Source: a virus. Taken from it: a DNA stretch of 64,000 bases. Below the pieces are notes generated by a model, which saw nothing but the letters and a program-made list of their open reading frames with translations, did not search any database and was not told the DNA's origin. Shown piece by piece: positions 58,601 to 64,000 of this stretch. The DNA lies in IMG/VR virus record IMGVR_UViG_3300019886_000004, positions 64,001 to 128,000 of that record. One strand, 5' to 3'. Within the stretch, counting starts at the first letter, position 1. The number at the start of each line of letters is the position of its first letter. Position numbers and translations under genes: made by a program.

Positions 58601-58695
58601 ATAACAATACTTCCAGTGATGACATAATAGTTGTAGTAGCTAGTGGAGCTCCGGCTCAATATCTTTTATTTAGACGAAAAACATACATACAATAA
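55612..58695 (+). CDS. Exported alpha/beta-hydrolase + PKD repeats + beta-helix protein
   Basis: Signal ...FYANA|Q; YLPSDY...YPLIIFCHGSGE, TGLSSGG nucleophile elbow, GHGPW; three PTA/VNAG...WT..SG...YxFxL PKD repeats; beta-helix. Confidence 0.8.
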   Translation: MRKLLFLILSFIGFYANAQVESTISVPYTSSASPTFQALLYLPSDYNTTSGNYPLIIFCHGSGESCPPLSNIYNSSSAGGPPYEIEHGTWPTDGGFINPKDGLKYKFIVVSPQSACNSWSASGDQIENIKIYLVTHYRIDINRIYGTGLSSGGGGMIENVSHQNGNETGPVFTPTYPFAAVVPMSPATNSPQQSWMATMVHDSTSGWWFGDQSGDTYGEWALNEINFVNAIKTNYARLTGHPGTSGQNSFTTGHGPWRPFYIPTYTETFVAVGMTTPATMNMYQWFLTQTRPGAVVTTPTANAGSNQNITLPTNSATLSGSGTPGSGHLISSYGWTQISGPNTANINPSSSTTTGSTTVSGLIAGTYVFQLTVTNNISATATSTVSVTVNPAPAPTANAGPDRTLVLPTTTLTLDGSASSNTTSYSWTFISGPGTPTIVSPTSAITNINNLSAVGVYIFQLSVNGGVSTDRANVTVNAASTYPACGTGTKYTPVPDPSDSGVFIGVSSAANYKPGDTIVLSSAFKWSYFEMDGYQGNPSCPLVIINDVGITKLRKFIRLDGCTYIKIVGGGNSGNFYGLFIEYDPVNIWQGFAGIQLVGRTSNIEVTRVFTHHTDIGIVCENNGSCDPSQNYPNWIIDSIFIHDNKIVGTWNEGMYIGNTAPDNQGNDLRPVVCPIGVGGADSTIYPAPAKNGYTKIWNNIVDTTGRGGIQLANAINGPSEIYNNTVSHNGINGDDAQGAAINLGLYTQVYVHDNTISNTYTWGISSIGSGATNKPVRLENNHIDSSGFLRTFDLSQTSRDHYNPATEPSFIDSLPWPYPLFIDTRPRHYTTDSPHPGTAIVGQDSTQFWIKNNVVGLFKAVTRTDGGATAAIQIQDDFLGIQKFGNIICNNTNKNGSPATIFVDNSNGTINYSTNCSAPPTVNAGTDQFLSSGSTSVNLVGTAVPTSGATITQVTWTQLSGSNPVSIGSLHSLNTIATGLTPSGVYTFRLFALDSNNNTSSDDIIVVVASGAPAQYLLFRRKTYIQ

Positions 58696-60182
58696 TGACT
58701 ATATATAAACTAGTTACAGATAGACTTCTAGATAAGTTACAAAGAATGGTGAATAATCTTTACTTTATAATGGGTAAAGCTAATGGTGTTGCTACTCTTG
58801 ATAGTACTGGAAAGGTACCTACTTCTCAAATACCAAGTGGTGGAGGAGGTGGAGTAACATCTTTTAATGCTAGAACCGGAGTTGTTGTTCCAGCTTCTAG
58901 TGACTATACGTTTGCTCAGATAGCAACCACTCCAACTACTGTGACTGGTTATGGTATAACTGATGCGGCTACTTTAACAGGTACTCAAACGTTAACTAAT
59001 AAGACTATATCTGGAGCATCTAATACGTTATCTAATATAGCAGAATCTTCAGTAACAAATCTAACTACTGACTTAGCAGCTAAACAAGCCACTATTACTT
59101 TAACTACTACTGGTACAAGTGGAGCAGCAACACTGGTTGGAGCTACTTTAAATGTACCAAACTATGCAACAGGTGGTGGAACTCCTGGTGGATCTACTAC
59201 GCAACTACAATATAATAATGCTGGTGCCTTTGGTGGAACTAGTGGTGCCACCGCAACCGCTACCGTGGTAACTCTAGTGGCTCCTGTCTTAGGCACGCCT
59301 ACTTCAGGTACACTGACTAGTTGTACAGGACTTCCAATTTCAACTGGAGTTAGCGGACTTGCAGCAGGTGTTGCTACTTTTTTAGCTACTCCTACAAGTG
59401 CTAACTTAGCGACTGCTGTGACTAATGAAACTGGAAGTGGTCTTTTAGTATTTGCTACTTCTCCGGTGCTAACCACTCCTAATATTGGAGTAGCTACCGC
59501 TACTACGGTAAATAATGTAACTATAACTGCGCCTGCTACCTCTGCTACCTTAACATTGGTTCAGGGATCAAGTTTAATAACTGCTGGTGCTTTTGCAACT
59601 ACTCTTGCGGCCACTGCTGCTACAACCACTACTATACCTCCCATATCAAGCACTTTGGTTGGAATGGTGGCTAGTGGAACCGCTGCTGCTCAGGCAACAT
59701 TAGATATTAACTTTAGTTCTTATTTTAGTCAATTTTCAGTTATTGAGATACAACTAAATAGTGTGATACTAGCTACAGATAATGTGGATATGTATTGTAG
59801 ATTAAGTATAGATGGAACTACTTTCGATTCTGGAGCAGGAGCATATTCTTGGGCTCTTACCTTCGGTAAATCAGATGCTTCTTCCGGTGGAGATGGTAGT
59901 AATTCTGCTACTCAAATAGTATTAAATGGAACAGGATCTCATGTAGCAGGAAGTGCAACTATTCCATTAAATGTCACTGTAAAAATCTTTAATCCTGGTG
60001 TATCAACTTTTAGACCAATGGTTGGGTTTTCTACTCACTATTATAATGGAACTACAGCAAATATACTTTCGGCCATAGGGACCGGATCTAGAAATACTAA
60101 TCAAGTAACGAAAGGAATAAGATTCTTAACAAGTTCAGGTAATATAACATCTGCAAATTACAGAGTTATAGGATATCCATAA
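58695..60182 (+). CDS. Tail fibre protein (no signal peptide)
   Basis: GKANGVATLDSTGKVP, VTSFNARTG, PTTVTGYGITDA, TQTLTNKTI, PGGSTTQLQYNNAGAFGG. Confidence 0.75.
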   Translation: MTIYKLVTDRLLDKLQRMVNNLYFIMGKANGVATLDSTGKVPTSQIPSGGGGGVTSFNARTGVVVPASSDYTFAQIATTPTTVTGYGITDAATLTGTQTLTNKTISGASNTLSNIAESSVTNLTTDLAAKQATITLTTTGTSGAATLVGATLNVPNYATGGGTPGGSTTQLQYNNAGAFGGTSGATATATVVTLVAPVLGTPTSGTLTSCTGLPISTGVSGLAAGVATFLATPTSANLATAVTNETGSGLLVFATSPVLTTPNIGVATATTVNNVTITAPATSATLTLVQGSSLITAGAFATTLAATAATTTTIPPISSTLVGMVASGTAAAQATLDINFSSYFSQFSVIEIQLNSVILATDNVDMYCRLSIDGTTFDSGAGAYSWALTFGKSDASSGGDGSNSATQIVLNGTGSHVAGSATIPLNVTVKIFNPGVSTFRPMVGFSTHYYNGTTANILSAIGTGSRNTNQVTKGIRFLTSSGNITSANYRVIGYP

Positions 60183-60203
60183 ATAATTAAAAATTCAAAT
60201 ATT

Positions 60204-60548
60204 ATGTTACAAAAAATCGAATCGTTTTTTTCAGGGAATAAGGTGTTTATCCTTGGTAGTCTATCTGCCATTGGAGTTGCTTTACAGCAATATTTAACAG
60301 GAACAATAGATTGGAAAGTAATTGGTTTTGCAATTGTCATTGCTGTTCTATCTTATCTTGCCAAGAGTCTTAGTGGAACAGTTGCTTCCATATTAGGTAT
60401 ACTTGGTGGTGTTGCAACTACAGTTTCTCAAGTAGCATCAGGTGGAAAAATAGGGTGGAGTGCACTTATACTTAGCACTGTCATCTCTATAATCGGAGTA
60501 GTAACAAGCTCAGCAACCAGTACAAAAATAACTAGTCCCATAAGTTAA
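60204..60548 (+). CDS. Putative holin
   Basis: 114 aa, about 4 hydrophobic helices, directly upstream of the endolysin. Confidence 0.6.
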   Translation: MLQKIESFFSGNKVFILGSLSAIGVALQQYLTGTIDWKVIGFAIVIAVLSYLAKSLSGTVASILGILGGVATTVSQVASGGKIGWSALILSTVISIIGVVTSSATSTKITSPIS

Positions 60549-60571
60549 TTAAACTCAAATAAGTAAAAGTT

Positions 60572-60599
60572 AGCCAGAACCAAGAATGATTCTGGCTTT
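60572..60599 (+). terminator. Hairpin between holin and endolysin (weak terminator/attenuator)
   Basis: AGCCAGAA...TTCTGGCT followed by a short T-run. Confidence 0.45.
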
Positions 60600-60623
60600 C
60601 GTTGTTATTGATCATCAACTAAA

Positions 60624-61064
60624 ATGAAAATTATGGAAATTACATTTGCAGACACAGTAATTATAAGGCAATTTGAAGGCTATATACCACATGTATATAA
60701 GGACCAAATTGGTGTACTAACTTGTTGCTGGGGATTAACTGGACCTAGCTTAAGAGAAGGAACGACATTTACTCAAGACGAATGTACAGAGATGTTCATG
60801 AAAAGAATAAATGATTTTTCTTCTAAACTAAATAATCTCATAAAAACTCAAGTAACCAAAAATCAATACATTGCTCTTTTGAGTTTAGCGTTTAATATTG
60901 GAGAAGGCGCATTTGGATCTAGTACTCTCCTTAAGAAGGTAAATGTAGATCCTAATGATAAAACTATCGAAGCACAATTTAAACTTTGGATTCATGCTGG
61001 TGGCAAAGTATTAGATGATTTAGTTAAAAGACGTGCTCAAGAAGCTGCACTTTATTTTAGTTAA
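60624..61064 (+). CDS. Endolysin, GH24 phage lysozyme
   Basis: FEG...YKDQIGVLT (E-8x-D-5x-T), ALLSLAFNIG, STLLKKVN, LVKRRAQE. Confidence 0.92.
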   Translation: MKIMEITFADTVIIRQFEGYIPHVYKDQIGVLTCCWGLTGPSLREGTTFTQDECTEMFMKRINDFSSKLNNLIKTQVTKNQYIALLSLAFNIGEGAFGSSTLLKKVNVDPNDKTIEAQFKLWIHAGGKVLDDLVKRRAQEAALYFS

Positions 61065-61456
61065 TTCACTAGCCTATAAATGTGACTAACTTTGTTAATT
61101 GAATCCTGTAATAATATTTGCAATCCAAGCTTATGTAGAATGTTTATAAGATTCTGAGCTTGTTCAGTGATTCTGAAATTAGCCTCATGCACACCATTCC
61201 ATGTAGAATATTGGAATGGTTTCGTTATAGTAAGACCTTTGTAAACAGTATTTCCAGATGTACTATACAACCATCCTAAATATTTGGTTGTATCGCTTCC
61301 AAATCTTATGGCATATAACTTAGTATAGTCACAGTATACAATTTGAAACTTCTCTTTAGCCTCGCTTGCATAGGCTCCATAATCTGTTATAGTATCTTTC
61401 TTTTGTGAATATCCTTTCAAACCAACTAAAAGGAGTAATAAGATTAGTATTTTCAT
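61061..61456 (-). CDS. Small exported protein
   Basis: MKILILLLLLVGLKGYS|Q signal peptide. Confidence 0.65.
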   Translation of the reverse strand: MKILILLLLLVGLKGYSQKKDTITDYGAYASEAKEKFQIVYCDYTKLYAIRFGSDTTKYLGWLYSTSGNTVYKGLTITKPFQYSTWNGVHEANFRITEQAQNLINILHKLGLQILLQDSINKVSHIYRLVN

Positions 61457-61896
61457 TGTATGTAATGATTTGCTTTTCTGATTGAGTCTTTTGCTTTTCT
61501 ATCATAGTGCTTATAACTAACTATAACATGTATCATACTATCTGCTTGAGCTTGTGTCTTAAAGTTTAAACCTTTTGGACAGTATGGTGTGATAGTATAT
61601 TTATTTATTCTTGTAGTATAGTTTTGTGTTTTAAAGCTATCTACTTTAATACCTACGTATCCTACTTCTGTGGTTTTAGTAGTAAAATTCCTACAGTAAT
61701 CTTTAATTACATACCTGAAAGGAACAGCTAAACTATCTTTCTCAACTACAAACATATGATTTTTATCTGAAAAAAAGTTGTAAAAATTATGACTATAATA
61801 ATGTTGTAAAACTTTACCAGACGTGTCATGTTGATGTCTTTGAGCATTTATCTTAGTAAAACCAAGACATAATATAAAAAACAGTATATATTTCAT
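61453..61896 (-). CDS. Small exported protein
   Basis: MKYILFFILCLGFTKINA|Q signal peptide. Confidence 0.65.
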   Translation of the reverse strand: MKYILFFILCLGFTKINAQRHQHDTSGKVLQHYYSHNFYNFFSDKNHMFVVEKDSLAVPFRYVIKDYCRNFTTKTTEVGYVGIKVDSFKTQNYTTRINKYTITPYCPKGLNFKTQAQADSMIHVIVSYKHYDRKAKDSIRKANHYIQ

Positions 61897-61912
61897 TTTC
61901 TTTATTTAAGTT

Positions 61913-61948
61913 AAAAAGAGACTCAATTAGAGTCTCTTTTTTGTTTTT
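61913..61948. terminator. Bidirectional intrinsic terminator
   Basis: AAAAAGAGACTC-aatta-GAGTCTCTTTTT. Confidence 0.75.
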
Positions 61949-61965
61949 TGATAGGAGGTGTCTAA

Positions 61966-62325
61966 TTACTTATTGAGAGCACCACCTTTCTTCATTTTCC
62001 CACCCTTGGCACCAGAGGGTTTCAAACTACGACCATCAGTGGGAGAGGTCTTAGGACCACCCTTTCCCACTCCTGCACCAGAAGGTTTCGCCGTTCCTGA
62101 TTTTGGCTTCATGTTTGTTACATTACTGTCTGTAGTACTAACTGGTTGATTTTTCATCTTGTTCTTTTTTTGTTTTGTTATTAAATGATTAGTATATGGA
62201 ATCTCCGAATTCAAATTGTGCTCTCTTTCAAATAAACTTCTATCATGTGGTCTCATATCTTTCTTAAGTTTTTTTTCTGGAACCGGATAATCCATGTAAT
62301 TATAAGTCCAATCTAATGACATCAT
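61966..62325 (-). CDS. Hypothetical protein with Lys/Gly-rich disordered C-terminal half
   Basis: KPKSGTAKPSGAGVGKGGPK...KPSGAKGGKMKKGG; the true start may be the internal MKNQP. Confidence 0.5.
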   Translation of the reverse strand: MMSLDWTYNYMDYPVPEKKLKKDMRPHDRSLFEREHNLNSEIPYTNHLITKQKKNKMKNQPVSTTDSNVTNMKPKSGTAKPSGAGVGKGGPKTSPTDGRSLKPSGAKGGKMKKGGALNK

Positions 62326-62327
62326 GA

Positions 62328-63341
62328 TTAATCCATTTCTGTAATATATGATTTATTTATTTTTGCAAATTTATCTAGCAACACCTGATGTTGATCATAA
62401 TCACCACATTGTGGAGTTAAATAAAGAATGTAGGGTTGAAAGGAACCAGACATACAATGAAGATTACTTCTAATGGTCACTAGTTCGGACAGAAGATTAC
62501 CATAGGTTCTAAAATTATAACAGTACTTGTCACGTAGTGTTTTAGGTTCTGGGGGAGTGTATCTTTTTTCTGTAATAGATAACATTTCAGCCAACATATC
62601 ACTATACTCAAACCGACTTACATCTATAATGTATAATAGATTTTCCTTTGCTTTTCTGTCACTCAAATGTTCCCATAATTGCCACATTGTCTTTTCTCCA
62701 ATCCATTTTTTATCTTCTGGAATAGCGATGTGTTCACTTAAAGAACTATAACTATTAAAAGTAAAAATACTACTTTTACCACAATACAACCAAGTTCCAT
62801 CTGAGTGAAAATTTTTACCTTGAAAGGTCCAGTGATACTTATATCTTTTGGGATCTCCTTTGTTATTTCCAATATTTTCACCTACATATGTAAAACCTAG
62901 TAAATTTAGTATGTCAACATCACCGAATTCAAGACATCCTTTTCCTCTTTCACTACCATGGTCTTCTTTAGCTAAGAAGTCATAAATCCCTCTATCGATC
63001 CACATATATGGCCACTCTTTACATTCATCATAATTGTGCATTTTTTCCCGAATAGGATCTAACTCTTTTCTATGGTATGTACAACCACCATCTATGATAA
63101 AAGAAGTAAACTCATCTATACTAACACCAAAGTGCTCTTCTATAAGTTCGGTGTTTTTGTCCTTCTCAATCTGCTCGATAGATCCATAGTCATCATACTC
63201 ACCAAAGATTGGTAGTGTTGCCGGTAGATAAGGTAGATATGTTTCATAATCTTTCCTCTTTTTAAGGGGTAGTAATACACATTTTTGTCCACTAGTGATA
63301 CTTATATTACTTATACTGCAATATACAGAAAAGCTTCCCAT
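62328..63341 (-). CDS. Hypothetical phage protein
   Basis: 337-aa ORF; CSISNISI...LPIFGEYDDYG. Confidence 0.7.
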   Translation of the reverse strand: MGSFSVYCSISNISITSGQKCVLLPLKKRKDYETYLPYLPATLPIFGEYDDYGSIEQIEKDKNTELIEEHFGVSIDEFTSFIIDGGCTYHRKELDPIREKMHNYDECKEWPYMWIDRGIYDFLAKEDHGSERGKGCLEFGDVDILNLLGFTYVGENIGNNKGDPKRYKYHWTFQGKNFHSDGTWLYCGKSSIFTFNSYSSLSEHIAIPEDKKWIGEKTMWQLWEHLSDRKAKENLLYIIDVSRFEYSDMLAEMLSITEKRYTPPEPKTLRDKYCYNFRTYGNLLSELVTIRSNLHCMSGSFQPYILYLTPQCGDYDQHQVLLDKFAKINKSYITEMD

Positions 63342-63991
63342 TATATTATACTTTTATTTATGAAGAAATAAGTACCCACAGCAATAACTATACCCATAAC
63401 TATGATCCAAATCAGACGTAGTCTTGACGTGGACTTTTGTTCTGTATACTTGAGTATGTACTGATTAGTAGAGTCTCTAGACATCTGTAATTGATCTGTA
63501 AGACCTTTTATCTGACTATCGTTGACTACTATCTTTGTTATTGTATCATGTATGTAAGCGTACTGTCTTAATAGAATAGATTTAGGTGGATGGTTCTTAA
63601 TCCAATTGGCGCAGTTACTACCGCTGTCGAGATTTAGCCAGAGTGTGTCAGTAGTTGGAAAAATAGGAATCGTACCGGAAAAAAAGCCTGGATCGATTTG
63701 ATTGGGAGCATTATCCCATGGATGATAAAAATGGAGTCCGGAGATACTATCCCAATAAACAGGAGGATTTTCCCAGGCCGAACTAATTGTATCTATAGAT
63801 CCCCATGTTGTATCGGACTTGCTTTGTTTAATAGTTGTATCAATTTTCTGCGGATGTTTGACAGCCATCCAGTCTTGTAGTTTTCCAGAAAATTGATTAT
63901 TCTTTGAATCCTTTTTATCGATTCTCGGTACCGTGATACAGGACGATACGAGAACCATACTAAAAAGGGATAGAATCTTGAACTTGTTCAT
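63341..63991 (-). CDS. Lipoprotein with C-terminal TM helix (unimolecular-spanin-like)
   Basis: Lipobox LVSS|C at residue 18; coiled coil then LIWIIVMGIVIAVGTYFFI TM. Confidence 0.55.
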   Translation of the reverse strand: MNKFKILSLFSMVLVSSCITVPRIDKKDSKNNQFSGKLQDWMAVKHPQKIDTTIKQSKSDTTWGSIDTISSAWENPPVYWDSISGLHFYHPWDNAPNQIDPGFFSGTIPIFPTTDTLWLNLDSGSNCANWIKNHPPKSILLRQYAYIHDTITKIVVNDSQIKGLTDQLQMSRDSTNQYILKYTEQKSTSRLRLIWIIVMGIVIAVGTYFFINKSII

Positions 63992-64000
63992 TTTTTTTTT

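Noticed and set aside
46214-60182. CRISPR array or diversity-generating retroelement repeats in the fibre genes
   Set aside because: Repeats are degenerate protein-level repeats; no near-identical DNA repeat pair or reverse transcriptase seen in the window
47967-63880. Short antisense ORFs in the structural/lysis region (47967, 56008, 59162, 60158, 61958, 62527, 63698)
   Set aside because: Shadows of longer supported genes on the opposite strand
1-64000. Stop-codon reassignment (TAG or TGA), known in some crAss-like phages
   Set aside because: Long genes are intact in code 11, and TAG/TGA end genes at sensible positions with tight packing; no suppressor tRNA seen
63991-64000. Poly-T run as a phase-variation tract
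   Set aside because: At the window edge with unknown length; an A-rich leader before ATG is normal for Bacteroidetes translation initiation

Overview
AT-rich fragment of a large dsDNA Bacteroidetes phage with crAss-like (Crassvirales-type) gene content, using the standard genetic code. (1) 1-13.3 kb, + strand: a 5'-truncated giant virion RNA polymerase (DFDIDK motif) and a second 2000-aa virion cargo protein. (2) 13.3-45.7 kb, - strand: replication and nucleotide-metabolism genes. These include a family B DNA polymerase split by a fully resolvable group I intron carrying a GIY-YIG endonuclease, MazG, class II RNR, dUTPase, HNH, resolvase, primase, AAA ATPase, DnaB and phosphoesterases. A 10-kb phiEco32-like amide-bond/gamma-glutamyl cluster and a four-member 'CC' GNAT-like family are embedded here. 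(3) About 44.96-45.37 kb: a promoter- and terminator-bounded, pseudoknot-rich candidate ncRNA of about 400 nt. (4) 45.7-61.1 kb, + strand: fibre/spike and lysis module. Four large fibre-like proteins here carry Bacteroidetes Sec signal peptides with Gln at +1, and three of them have many D-S/T O-glycosylation sequons. (5) 61-64 kb, - strand: more exported proteins and a u-spanin-like lipoprotein. All calls come from motif reading by eye; no database searches or folding programs were run.
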